DNA of 64,000 nt from Acidobacteriota bacterium (GCA_031271905.1 JAISUT010000032.1:13887-77886), one strand, 5' to 3'. Shown: positions 22,153 through 31,678, counted from the first letter of the stretch. The notes: generated by a model not told the origin, from the letters alone. Made by a program: numbers and translations.

Positions 22153-22701
22153 ATGAAGAACAGATTGTTGCTGTGCGGGGCGGCTTGCATCCTCGCCTTG
22201 GCGGCTTCCGCCGTGGCGGCGGACGTCACCGGGACATGGGTCGCGGAGCGGCAGGGGCCGCAGGGCTCCACGCAAATCATATTCACTTTCACCGCCGACG
22301 GCGAAACCCTGACCGGCACGGTCGGCGACGACCGCATGGGCGAGTCGGAGATCAGCGAAGGCGTCATCGACGGGGACGACATCTCCTTCGCCGTGACCCG
22401 GCAGTTCGGCGAAAGGGAGATGAAGCAGGTTTACAAAGGCAAGGTCTCGGGCGACGAAATCACCTTCACGATGGAGCGGCCCGGCGGCTTCGGCGGCCCG
22501 GGCGGACCGGGCGGCGGCCCCGGCTTTGGCGGCCCCGGCGGGGGTGAACCCGGATTCGGCGGCGGCCCCGGCGGCCCCGGCGGCCCGGAGTTCGGCGGTC
22601 CCGGACCGGGCGGCGGTCCCGGACCGGGCGGCGGTCCCGGCGGGCGCGGACCTGGCGGGATGCGCGGCCCGCAAGAGCTGGTCGCCAAGCGGGTGCAGTA
22701 G
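22153..22701 (+). CDS. Secreted hypothetical protein with a Gly/Pro-rich (GGPGG repeat) C-terminal tail
   Basis: Signal peptide; beta-rich N-terminal domain; about 75 aa of G/P low-complexity sequence encoded by a GC tandem repeat. Confidence 0.5.
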   Translation: MKNRLLLCGAACILALAASAVAADVTGTWVAERQGPQGSTQIIFTFTADGETLTGTVGDDRMGESEISEGVIDGDDISFAVTRQFGEREMKQVYKGKVSGDEITFTMERPGGFGGPGGPGGGPGFGGPGGGEPGFGGGPGGPGGPEFGGPGPGGGPGPGGGPGGRGPGGMRGPQELVAKRVQ

Positions 22702-22781
22702 CGCGCAGGGGGGGCGCCGATAGGGAGCGCCTTCGCCTTGGCTAGGCCTTAGTTAGACCTTGGCTTTGGCGTCCCACCGCG

Positions 22782-22805
22782 CCGGGGGCTCTGCGGAGCC
22801 CCCGG
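22782..22805. terminator. GC hairpin (ccgggggctc-tgcg-gagcccccgg) between convergent genes
   Basis: Perfect 10-bp stem with a 4-nt loop, lying between the 22701 stop and the 22825 stop. Confidence 0.5.
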
Positions 22806-22824
22806 TCACCGTCTCACGCGCGCC

Positions 22825-23868
22825 TCACGCGCCGCGCTCCAGCGCGAAGCCCACGATCTTCTTCAACATCTCGGAGAAGCCGTAGCCGGCCTGCTCCGCC
22901 GAGTCCATGAACGACACCCCCGCCGTGAGGTCCGGGTTCGGGTTCACTTCGAGCACGTAGGGGACGTCGTCCGCCCCCAGCCGCAAGTCGATGCGGGCGT
23001 AGTCCCGGCAGCAGGTGGCCTGGTAGGCGCGCACAGCCAACTCCTTCGCCCGTCGTTCGACCTCGGGGGGTAGCACGGCGGGGCAGATCGAGTGAACCTT
23101 GTGGTAGGCGGGCGCCAAGGGGTTCCATTTGATGTCATAGGTCAGCAGGGGCGGATGGCCCGCGGGCAGCTCCGAGAAGTTGAAGTCGATGATCGGCAAC
23201 GCCTCCGGCGGATTGTCGCCGAACACCGATATGTGCAGCTCCCGCCCTGCGAGGAATTCCTCGACCAGCATGGAACACTGGAACTCCTCGCCGGCCTGCG
23301 CCAGCCGCTTTTTGAGCTGCGCATAGTCGTAGACGACCGTGTGCGGCTCGACGCCCGCGCTCCCGTCCCCCCGGGACGGCTTCACGATCAAGGGGTAGTC
23401 GAGTCCATGTCCCGGGGGGACGTCGCCCCCCTTCACCGTCAGGAAGCGCGGCGTCGGGACGCCGCTTTGCAGGAATATCCGCTTGGTCAGATCCTTGCGC
23501 CGGCAGAGCGAGAGGCAGAACGGCGTCGCGCCGGTGTACGGGACGCCTGCGAGGTCGTACATGCCCGCCACCGCCCCTTCATGGTTCAGGTCGTTGTGGA
23601 AGAACTCCACCAGGTTGAACACCACGTCCGGCGGCTCCTGCGTGAGCAGGCGGCCGAGCAGATCGAAGTCGTCCTTGAGGTTGACCCCCTCGGCGTCGAA
23701 CCCCTCCGCGCGCAGGGCGTCCACGATGGCGTCGTACTCCTCCTGCGCCGTGGCGACGGCGATCCTGTACTTGGGCTCGAAGTCGAGCGTCGAGGGGTCT
23801 ATGTCGCGCAACGCCAGGTATTCGTCGGCCTCTTCGAGGTTGTTGAACAGCACCAGGACTTTTTTCAT
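22825..23868 (-). CDS. D-alanine--D-alanine ligase family ATP-grasp protein
   Basis: ATP-grasp patterns (YPLIVKPSRGDGSAGV; ARIDLRL...YVLEVNPNPDL); start at MKKVLVLFNN. Confidence 0.7.
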   Translation of the reverse strand: MKKVLVLFNNLEEADEYLALRDIDPSTLDFEPKYRIAVATAQEEYDAIVDALRAEGFDAEGVNLKDDFDLLGRLLTQEPPDVVFNLVEFFHNDLNHEGAVAGMYDLAGVPYTGATPFCLSLCRRKDLTKRIFLQSGVPTPRFLTVKGGDVPPGHGLDYPLIVKPSRGDGSAGVEPHTVVYDYAQLKKRLAQAGEEFQCSMLVEEFLAGRELHISVFGDNPPEALPIIDFNFSELPAGHPPLLTYDIKWNPLAPAYHKVHSICPAVLPPEVERRAKELAVRAYQATCCRDYARIDLRLGADDVPYVLEVNPNPDLTAGVSFMDSAEQAGYGFSEMLKKIVGFALERGA

Positions 23869-23924
23869 CGCGGACACAATAAAATTCCCTATACTCCCTT
23901 TCCCTTGACGGGCGGGTTTCATCG

Positions 23925-23987
23925 GGGAACCTCCAAAAGCCCCGGACGCCGCGTCGCGCCTTGTCTGCGAGCTTTTTAGAAGTCCCC
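23925..23987 (+). repeat. MITE/REP-like element, short form (copy G)
   Basis: ggggaaCCTCCAAAAGCCCCGGACGCCGCGTCGCGCCTTGTCTGCGAGCTTTTTAGAAGtcccc. Confidence 0.85.
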
Positions 23988-23988
23988 C

Positions 23989-25713
23989 TCATTCTTCGTA
24001 AAACACCAGCGTCCCGACCGGGATGGACTTGTCGTTGACGTCGTCCCCGCTCAGGATGCGACCGTCCGGGTAGCGGTAATAAGTCGAAGGGTAGTTCCAC
24101 TTCACGCCGGCGATGGCCGCGGGGGGGCGGCGCTGCTTGACCGAGCCCCCGTAGACGTATCCGACCAGGAGGCGCGTCCCCTTGGGCGGCTTCTGGAACA
24201 ACGAGCGGTACGACCTGCCCTTCTGCAACTCCGCCCCGGTGCGCACCATCCCGTTCGGGAAGAAGTAGATCGTCGTCTTGCTGGCGTAGGCTTTGCCCGC
24301 CAGGGCCCTGGGGGTGTTGCCGTCCTTGCCGATCTCCAGGAACCCCTCGAACGCGCCCTCGTCGTCGGCGTCGCCGAGGGTGACGCGGGTGCCGGACGGG
24401 ATGCGACCCCAGTCCTTGATCTGGCCGCCGTTGAACCGCCGCCCGTCGGGGAACTCGTAGATCGTGGACGGGGAGTCGTAACGCTCGCGCGCGATCTGCC
24501 ACGCCGTGTGCCGGCTGTCGATGAAGGGGGGCTCCGAGGGCATCTTCACCGTCGCGGGGTCGGTTTTCGCCGGTTTCTTCGCGGGTGCCGGAACCTTCTT
24601 CGCCGGCGTCGCGACCGGTTTCTTCGCGGGCGTCGCCGCAGGCTTCGCCGCCGGCGCCTCCCCGGCCGGCGCGGCGGGGGGCTCCTTAGTTTTCGGCATG
24701 GCGGGTTTAGCCACCGCCTCGGACGCGGGCGCGCCCCGTTCCGCCCCGCCCGCCGCAAGGGGCGCCGCCCCGGCCGAGTCCGGATTCCGCCGCGGGGTGG
24801 CGTTTGCCGCGACGACCGCGACGGGGGCGCCGTCCGTCGCGCCACCTGCGGCGACTGGGGCGTCGCCGACGCCCTCGGGCGGCTCCGAGGGCGCCTGCGA
24901 CGACGCGACCTCGACGGTTTCCACCGCAGGCTCGGCCGCCGACGCGACCTCCAGCCCGGCGTCCACGTCGGGCGGCGGTGGCGTCGTCTCATCGCCCTGC
25001 GCCAACAACGCGGGTTTCGCCTTCGCCGTAGCGAAAAGGAACTGGTACAGCTCCTTGTCGGCGACCTTCAGCCTGCCCGCCATCACATCTTCGTCATGGT
25101 CGGGCGCCGATTTCAACCCGAGCTTCGCCCGCACCTTGGGGTCGGCGAAGATCATGCCGCAACGTTTGCGCCCCCGGTGGTTCTCGTCGTGGAAGCGGTT
25201 CGGCACGCCGTATGCCACCATGGAGTGCGTCAACACCCTGTCGTCGGGGATGCCGTAGATGCTCTTCACCTGGCGGATCAGCTCCCTCAACGCCTCGTAC
25301 TGCGCGGCGGTTATGTCATGGTTGTGGTAGCCGGAGACCTCGATCCCGATGGAGTGGTTGTCGATGGTGCTCCGCCCCTCCCACATGCTCCTGCCCGCGT
25401 GCTTGGCGATCTTCGCCTTGTCGATGATGCGGTAGACCTTGCCGGAGAGCGCGACGAAGTAGTGCGCCTCGCCGTGCCGGACCAGCTTGTTGAGCGAGCC
25501 GACGTCCTTGCCTTCCGTGGTGTGCAGGACGATGTAGCGGGTGTGCGGGCGCACGGGGCGCGTGCGGTTGAGCGGGCTCAGTTGGTCGGCTATGTCCAGC
25601 TTCGAGGCGAGCAGACCTCCGAGGCCGCCTGCGGCCCCGACCGCGACCGCGCCGGCGGCGCACACGGCCATTCTCAAGACCTCCCGTCGTTCGAATGCCT
25701 TTTGCTGTTCCAT
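23989..25713 (-). CDS. N-acetylmuramoyl-L-alanine amidase (Amidase_2/PGRP domain) with an Ala/Pro/Lys linker and C-terminal MORN-like repeats
   Basis: Amidase_2 pattern (YIVLHTTEG...HSIGIEV); three C-terminal (S/T)TIYxFPDGR-type repeats; membrane anchor. Confidence 0.65.
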   Translation of the reverse strand: MEQQKAFERREVLRMAVCAAGAVAVGAAGGLGGLLASKLDIADQLSPLNRTRPVRPHTRYIVLHTTEGKDVGSLNKLVRHGEAHYFVALSGKVYRIIDKAKIAKHAGRSMWEGRSTIDNHSIGIEVSGYHNHDITAAQYEALRELIRQVKSIYGIPDDRVLTHSMVAYGVPNRFHDENHRGRKRCGMIFADPKVRAKLGLKSAPDHDEDVMAGRLKVADKELYQFLFATAKAKPALLAQGDETTPPPPDVDAGLEVASAAEPAVETVEVASSQAPSEPPEGVGDAPVAAGGATDGAPVAVVAANATPRRNPDSAGAAPLAAGGAERGAPASEAVAKPAMPKTKEPPAAPAGEAPAAKPAATPAKKPVATPAKKVPAPAKKPAKTDPATVKMPSEPPFIDSRHTAWQIARERYDSPSTIYEFPDGRRFNGGQIKDWGRIPSGTRVTLGDADDEGAFEGFLEIGKDGNTPRALAGKAYASKTTIYFFPNGMVRTGAELQKGRSYRSLFQKPPKGTRLLVGYVYGGSVKQRRPPAAIAGVKWNYPSTYYRYPDGRILSGDDVNDKSIPVGTLVFYEE

Positions 25714-26023
25714 GGCGCCGTGCCGTCCCCTCGAGAAAACAATTAGTTAATATACAGAGCCGCAACCGCAATAGGAAAGGGCTAACTGCAAAGTTAATTT
25801 GATCGAGCCCGGCCAAGTCCGATTGGCGCGGGAACGGCGCTTGCCGCCGGGAAATCCCCCGGGAATTCCTAAAAAATTCTGAGAAAACACAGCGGATTTG
25901 GTATCCTAATGTCCGTCATTTTGAATTTGTGGCACATTTAAAAAAACCGTAGGCGAAACGCTGGTGTTGCGTCCGGGCTTTTTGCAAGTGCCATCGGGGG
26001 GGCAGGTGAACGAGAGGGATGGA

Positions 26024-28480
26024 ATGACGATGTCCGCGCTTGGGCGCACGATGCTTTTCCTTTTGTGCGCCGTCCCGGTCGCCAGCGTCCCGATTTCAGT
26101 GGCGCAGACGACCCCCCCCTCGTTTCTAACGGGCGGCGCCGCCTCCAGCCAGGTCTCGCACCCGTCCGCAGGGACGGCATCCTCCGGCGCGTCATCCTCC
26201 CAGGCGGCGACCACGGATGTCCAATCACCCCCCGTCCAAGACGTGGTCTCCGCCGCCGCAGGGGCGCGGCGGCAGGATGCCGAGTTGGCGCAGCCCAGCG
26301 CGTTCCAGCGCTTCATCGCGACATCGACCGGGAGCCTGCTCCCCATATTCGGCGCCTCTTTCTTCGACCAGGCGCCTTCCACCTTCGCGCCGGTGACCAA
26401 CGTCCCGGTGACGGCGGATTACGTGGTCGGCCCCGAGGATGAAATCCGCCTGCGCGTCTGGGGCCAGCAGGATTTCGACCTGAGCCTGACGGTCGACCGG
26501 AACGGCGCCGTCTACATCCCGCAGGTCGGCAGCGTCGCCGTGGCGGGGTTGCAGTTCCGGCAACTCGCCGACCACCTGCGCCTCCAGCTCGAGCGCGTGT
26601 TCCGCAACTTCGACCTCAGCGTCAACATGGGGCGGTTGCGCTCCGTCCAAGTGTATGTCACGGGCAACGTCCGGCACACGGGGCTGTACACGGTGAGTTC
26701 GCTCAGCACGATGGTGAACGCGCTGTTCGCCGCCGGCGGGCCGTCGCCGCAAGGCTCCATGCGCACCGTCCAGTTGCGGCGCGGCGGCGCGTTGGTCACG
26801 GAGCTGGATCTGTACAGGCTCCTGATCGGCGGCGACAAGACCGGCGACGTGCGCCTGCAACCCGAGGACGTCATCTACGTCCCCCCGGTCGGTGCGCAGG
26901 TGGCGGTCGCAGGAAGCCTGAAGAACCCGGCGATCTACGAGGTCAAGGATGAAAAGACCGTCGGCGAGGTGATCCGGCTGGCGGGGGGGCTCTCCCCGTT
27001 GGCGAACTTGGAGCGCGCGACGATCGAACGCATCCGGCGGGGCGTCTCCCGCGAAGTGGTGGACGTGCGGCTCGACGGGGGGGGGATGGACGTGCCGGTC
27101 GCGGACGGCGACCTGTTGCAAGTGGCGGCGGTCGTGCCGCGTTTTGACGACACCGTCACCCTGCGCGGCAACGTGGCCAACCCCGGAAGGTTCGCCTGGA
27201 AGCCGGGGATGCGCCTGCGGGACGTCATCCCGAACAAGGAGGCGTTGCTCAGCCGCGACTACTGGCGCCTGCGCAACCAGGCGGGGAACGCCCCCGACGG
27301 GAAGTTGCAGTTGTGGAAAGGCGCCATCGGCGACGTCCCCGCCACGACCGGCGACGGGGACGACACGACGGAAGGCTATGCGACCGGGGCTGCCGCCGCG
27401 AACGACGCGCCGCTCGACAGGGACTACTTCGTCAAGCGCAACCTGCTCGCCACGCTGACGCCGGAGGAGCTGGCGAAGATCGAGATCGATGCGGAGTCCG
27501 CGACCAGGCCCCGGACGACCACCGTCGAGAACGACCTCCCGAACATCAACTGGTCTTACGCGGTGATCGAACGGCAGAACCCGACGGATCTTTTGACGAA
27601 CCTGCTCCCGTTCGACCTCGGCAAGCTGGTCATCGCCGGCGACGATGGCCAGAACCTGGAGTTGCTCCCGGGGGACGTCGTGACGGTTTTCTCCCAAACC
27701 GACATCCGGGTGCCGCAGATGCAGCAAACCCGGATAGTCCGGCTGGAAGGGGAGTTCAACGCCCCCGGCGTCTACACCGTGGCGCCGGGGGAGACGCTGG
27801 GGCATCTCATCGAGCGCGCCGGCGGGCTGACGGCGCAGGCGTACCTGTTCGGTTCCGAGTTCCTGCGCGAGTCGGTGCGCCGCGAACAGCAGGAGCGCCT
27901 GGATGACTACATCGCCAATTTGGAGGATGAGGCGGACGCCGCAGCCCAAGACCGCCTCGCCGGCGCCGTGACCGCAGAGGAGACGGCGCAACTGGCGACG
28001 GAGATCTCGACCCAGAAAAAATCGGCGCGGCGCTTGCGGCGCCTGCGCGCCACCGGCAGGATAGTCCTGAGCCTTGAGCCGGGGAGCAACGACATTTCCC
28101 GCATCGCCGGCTTGACGCTGGAAAACGGCGACCGCTTCGTCATCCCCGCGCGCCCATCCGTGGTCAACGTGCTCGGCGAGGTGTACAACTCGAACTCGTT
28201 CATCCATGTCACCGACCGCCGGGTCAAGGAATACTTGGAACTCACGGGTGGCGTCACCCGGAACGCGGACGGAGACCGGATGTACGTCGTGCGCGCCGAC
28301 GGCTCGGTGGTGCCCAAGCAGAACGTCTCGGGGTTCGAGAAGATGGCGTTGCACCCCGGCGACTCGGTCGTGGTGCCGGAGCGCCTGCTCAAGACGACGT
28401 TCCTGCGGGAGTTGCGTAGTTGGGCGCAGGTGTTCTCTGAATTCGGCCTTGGCGTCGCCGCCATCAACGTGTTGCGATAG
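26024..28480 (+). CDS. Polysaccharide export protein (Wza/KpsD-like, Poly_export plus multiple SLBB domains)
   Basis: PDYVVGPEDEIRLRVWGQ Poly_export motif; repeated SLBB-like segments; signal peptide. Confidence 0.75.
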   Translation: MTMSALGRTMLFLLCAVPVASVPISVAQTTPPSFLTGGAASSQVSHPSAGTASSGASSSQAATTDVQSPPVQDVVSAAAGARRQDAELAQPSAFQRFIATSTGSLLPIFGASFFDQAPSTFAPVTNVPVTADYVVGPEDEIRLRVWGQQDFDLSLTVDRNGAVYIPQVGSVAVAGLQFRQLADHLRLQLERVFRNFDLSVNMGRLRSVQVYVTGNVRHTGLYTVSSLSTMVNALFAAGGPSPQGSMRTVQLRRGGALVTELDLYRLLIGGDKTGDVRLQPEDVIYVPPVGAQVAVAGSLKNPAIYEVKDEKTVGEVIRLAGGLSPLANLERATIERIRRGVSREVVDVRLDGGGMDVPVADGDLLQVAAVVPRFDDTVTLRGNVANPGRFAWKPGMRLRDVIPNKEALLSRDYWRLRNQAGNAPDGKLQLWKGAIGDVPATTGDGDDTTEGYATGAAAANDAPLDRDYFVKRNLLATLTPEELAKIEIDAESATRPRTTTVENDLPNINWSYAVIERQNPTDLLTNLLPFDLGKLVIAGDDGQNLELLPGDVVTVFSQTDIRVPQMQQTRIVRLEGEFNAPGVYTVAPGETLGHLIERAGGLTAQAYLFGSEFLRESVRREQQERLDDYIANLEDEADAAAQDRLAGAVTAEETAQLATEISTQKKSARRLRRLRATGRIVLSLEPGSNDISRIAGLTLENGDRFVIPARPSVVNVLGEVYNSNSFIHVTDRRVKEYLELTGGVTRNADGDRMYVVRADGSVVPKQNVSGFEKMALHPGDSVVVPERLLKTTFLRELRSWAQVFSEFGLGVAAINVLR

Positions 28481-28522
28481 GGGAGGACGGCGCGACGCGC
28501 CACCATTCTTAAGGAGGAGGCA

Positions 28523-29752
28523 TTGGCGGACGGAACGGAAGACCGCACGCGCGACGAAAGCCGGGTTCAGGAGCCGGCGGGCGGGGACGAGGACGAGATA
28601 AGCATCTTGGATCTGCTCCTCGTGCTGGCGGGCGGGAAAAAGCTCATCATCGGGCTGACGCTCGCGTGCGGCGTCTTGGCGGGCGTCCTCGCCTTCATCA
28701 CGCCGAAATCGTACACGGCCTCGGCGTTGATCATGCCGCCGCAGCAGGGGACTTCGTCGGCAGCCGCCATGTTGGGGCAGTTGGGGGGCTTGGCAGGCGG
28801 CCTGCTCGGCGGCGCGGGCGTGTCCACCCCGGCGGACGCCTATATCGGCATCCTGAAAAGCCGGACGGTGTCGGACGAGGTGATCGGGAAGTTCAAATTG
28901 CAGGAGCTGTATAAGACCAAGACCCAGATGGCGACCCGGGGCGCATTGGCGCAGAGAACCAACTTCGAGACCACGGATGCGGGCTTGATACAGATCTCCT
29001 TCACGGACAGGACGCCGGAACGGGCGGCAGAGGTCGCCAACGCCTACGTGGAAATCCTGCGAGAGCAGAACAGCCGTCTGGCGCTGACGGAATCTTCGCA
29101 ACGCAGGTTGTTTTTCGAACGCCAGCTCGAGGAGGAGAAAGACAAGCTGGCGGCGGCGGAAGGCGAGCTCTTGCAGTTCCAGATGGAACAGGGGATCGTA
29201 CAGGCCGACAGCCAGATGGACGCCGTCTTTACGACGATGGTGGAGTTGCGAGCCCAGATCACGAAGGACGAAGCAGACTTGGAAAGCCTGCTGGCGGGCG
29301 CCACGCCGCAAAACCCGGAAGTGTTGCGGCAGCAGGCGTCTTTGCAGGCAAAGCGCGCGCGGCTCCGGCAGTTGGAGTCCAAGAACGCATCCCGCAGCAA
29401 AGACGACCCGTTGTTGCCGACCTCGATGATGCCCGAGGCGGGCATGGAATACGCCCGACGGCTCCGCGACGTCAAATACCGGGAGTCGCTGTACGAACTG
29501 CTCGCCAAGCAATACGAGGCGGCGCGAATGGACGAGGCGCAGGAGTCGCCGGTGATCCAGGTGGTGGACGTCGCCGTCCCCCCGGACTGGAAATCCGCAC
29601 CCAAAAGGAGTTTATATGTCTTGGCAGGATTGTTGTTCGGTTGTATGATGGGCGTGTTTGTCGTGTTTTTACGGCATGCTTTAAATGATCCCGCCCATGC
29701 GGGGCAGATCGCGGAACTGAAGGCGCTCCTGTGGTTCAAGGCGAAGAAATGA
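28523..29752 (+). CDS. Wzz/GumC-like polysaccharide chain-length determinant (no kinase domain)
   Basis: N-terminal and C-terminal TM segments flanking a coiled-coil periplasmic region; ISILDLLLVLAGGKKLIIGLTLAC Wzz-like N-terminus. Confidence 0.7.
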   Translation: MADGTEDRTRDESRVQEPAGGDEDEISILDLLLVLAGGKKLIIGLTLACGVLAGVLAFITPKSYTASALIMPPQQGTSSAAAMLGQLGGLAGGLLGGAGVSTPADAYIGILKSRTVSDEVIGKFKLQELYKTKTQMATRGALAQRTNFETTDAGLIQISFTDRTPERAAEVANAYVEILREQNSRLALTESSQRRLFFERQLEEEKDKLAAAEGELLQFQMEQGIVQADSQMDAVFTTMVELRAQITKDEADLESLLAGATPQNPEVLRQQASLQAKRARLRQLESKNASRSKDDPLLPTSMMPEAGMEYARRLRDVKYRESLYELLAKQYEAARMDEAQESPVIQVVDVAVPPDWKSAPKRSLYVLAGLLFGCMMGVFVVFLRHALNDPAHAGQIAELKALLWFKAKK

Positions 29753-29854
29753 GAAGATAGGCTGGGTCATAAGCTTCATTATCATGATGATGGAAGGTGT
29801 TTTGCACTCGCCGTCATCCGCTCGCTTTCGTATTTTTTATAGGATGTGTAGGGT

Positions 29855-31378
29855 ATGTGGTGGTTTTATCTGACATGCTTCGGCCTGGCGTTTGTCTGTT
29901 GTCTTCCGCTGGCTGCGACTGTTCGCCATTGGGGACGAAAGTTGCGGATATATGACATGCCTGACGCTCGGCATGTCAACAATCGGAGCATCCCCCGGTT
30001 GGGGGGGGTCGCCATCGCCGCAGCCAGCATCGTCATTTTAGGAGCCGTGTTCTTCGGCGACGACCTCTTTCAGTGGCGCCTGTTCCCCTCTGTGAACCAA
30101 TCGTTGTTGTTGCCGCTGCTGGGCGGCGCGACGAGCGTGTGGCTGCTGGGGTTGCTGGACGACGTCTGGCACCTGCGCGCGCGCTATAAGTTGCTGGTGC
30201 AGATCGCGATCGCCGTGTGCATGTATTCGGCGGGCTTGCAGGTCAATGCCATCCAGTTCCCCGTCTTGGGCGTCTGGGATTTGGGCGATTACGCCTTGCC
30301 GTTCACGGTGCTTTGGATAGTCGGGACGATGAACGCCATCAACTTCATCGACGGGGTGGACGGGCTCTGTTCCGGCGTGGCGTTGGGCGCGTTGCTGGGC
30401 ATACTCTCCTTCGCGTTCATTTTCAACAACCCTGCCGGGATGTCGATCTGTTACGTGCTGTTGGGGACGACGCTGGCGTTCTTCCTGTTTTTCAACGTCC
30501 CCCCAGCCTCGCTTTTCCTCGGGGATTCCGGGACGTACTTCCTAGGGTTCATGGTGGCGGCGCTGCCGGTGTTCATCGCATCCCAGCCCTCCGGCGACGC
30601 CGGTCTCCATATCTTCCATGCGCCGTTCGTCATGGTCGCCTTCGTCCCCACCATCGACGCCGGACTGGCGATCGTCCGGCGCATAATCATGGGCGTCCCG
30701 ATCTCGGCACCCGACCGGGGGCACCTTCACCACCGGTTGCTGGACAAGGGGTATACGCACAAAAAGACCGCAGCCGTCCTGTCGCTGTGCTCGCTGCTCC
30801 TCGTTGCATCCGGGATCGTCATGTTGCTCGGGAACGACTGGCAGGTGATGCTCGCCCTGCTGGCGGCGATGCTGGAAGTCTACGCACTGTTTCGCCTGTG
30901 CGCCATCAACTCCCTGCACGACCTCAAGCCGGTTCGCGGACTGAACAGCTCCAAGGCGATGGCGTTGCGGAAATACACTCCTTCGTTCCTGCACAACCTG
31001 TCCTTGGCGCCGAATTGGGCGCATGTGGGGAAGCTGCTGGACGAGTTCGTCCAAGACACGGAGATGCGCAAGGTGATCATCTCCTACTATGCGAGTTGCG
31101 ACAAAAGAGAGCGGGTGGTCTGGAGCTGGCATATGGAAAATCCCCGGTGCATGCGGCGGTCGTTGCGGCTGAACAAGACCTACGACGTGCTTTCTGGCGA
31201 CACCGGGGTGTACAAGTTCTATTTCTGCTGGGATTCGGAGCAAGACCGGGTGCAGAACGACACCGACGCGCTGCTTGAGGTGGTCGCGGAGGTCATCGGC
31301 AGGATCTGTCACGAAGTCGCCGTACCCGTGCATGTCGCCGTACCCATGCATGAAGAGGTCGAGTGCTACCAAGAGTAG
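29855..31378 (+). CDS. WecA/MraY-family polyprenyl-phosphate sugar-1-phosphate transferase (GT4) with a ~170-aa C-terminal soluble extension
   Basis: DDxxH block (LGLLDDVWHLR); polytopic region; a Cys-rich unknown C-terminal domain; lower local GC. Confidence 0.7.
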   Translation: MWWFYLTCFGLAFVCCLPLAATVRHWGRKLRIYDMPDARHVNNRSIPRLGGVAIAAASIVILGAVFFGDDLFQWRLFPSVNQSLLLPLLGGATSVWLLGLLDDVWHLRARYKLLVQIAIAVCMYSAGLQVNAIQFPVLGVWDLGDYALPFTVLWIVGTMNAINFIDGVDGLCSGVALGALLGILSFAFIFNNPAGMSICYVLLGTTLAFFLFFNVPPASLFLGDSGTYFLGFMVAALPVFIASQPSGDAGLHIFHAPFVMVAFVPTIDAGLAIVRRIIMGVPISAPDRGHLHHRLLDKGYTHKKTAAVLSLCSLLLVASGIVMLLGNDWQVMLALLAAMLEVYALFRLCAINSLHDLKPVRGLNSSKAMALRKYTPSFLHNLSLAPNWAHVGKLLDEFVQDTEMRKVIISYYASCDKRERVVWSWHMENPRCMRRSLRLNKTYDVLSGDTGVYKFYFCWDSEQDRVQNDTDALLEVVAEVIGRICHEVAVPVHVAVPMHEEVECYQE

Positions 31379-31514
31379 GAAAAGACTGCGGGCGCGGCTC
31401 GGCGCCTTCCCAATTTCTCCAAGGCGACGGGTGTTCGCAAAAAAGGGGGCGAATGTCCGCATCGCACCACAAGCCGCCAAGCCCTCGGCGCCATGCATCG
31501 ACATCAACCACAGC

Positions 31515-31632
31515 GAACCTCTAAAAACCCCGGATGCTGCGTTGCGCCTTGGTCGAGAATGCTCATTCGCCTCGGCGAACCCCGCTTTTCGACCTGCGGC
31601 GACGCCTTGTCTGCGAGCTTTCTAGGGGCGCC
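31515..31632 (+). repeat. MITE/REP-like element, long form (copy H)
   Basis: cgaaCCTCTAAAAACCCCGGATGCTGCGTTGCGCCTTGGTCGAGAATGCTCATTCGCCTCGGCGAACCCCGCTTTTCGACCTGCGGCGACGCCTTGTCTGCGAGCTTTCTAGGGG. Confidence 0.9.
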
Positions 31633-31678
31633 CCACAATGTGTTCGACTGACGGCTTGGCCTTCGCCGAGGTCGCGCC

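Noticed and set aside
26225-29512. A 1095-aa ORF on the minus strand (and similar giants at 5256-8084 +, 14742-17087 +, 13616-15046 +, 20884-22086 -, 33492-35162 +, 35274-37157 +, 40866-42314 +, 42311-43783 +, 49069-50922 -, 50991-52400 -, 57276-58577 -, 58100-60661 +, 60893-62851 -, 507-2300 +)
   Set aside because: These are antisense or alternative-frame ORFs inside genes whose other strand encodes clearly recognisable conserved proteins (Wza/Wzz, LeuS, PanBCE, ModC, TBDR, HlyD, ThiD/LOG, dGTPase, RelA, HydG, flavoprotein). Their composition is Arg/Gly/Ala/Pro-dominated with no motifs. Long open frames are expected in ~68 percent GC DNA because stop codons are AT-rich.
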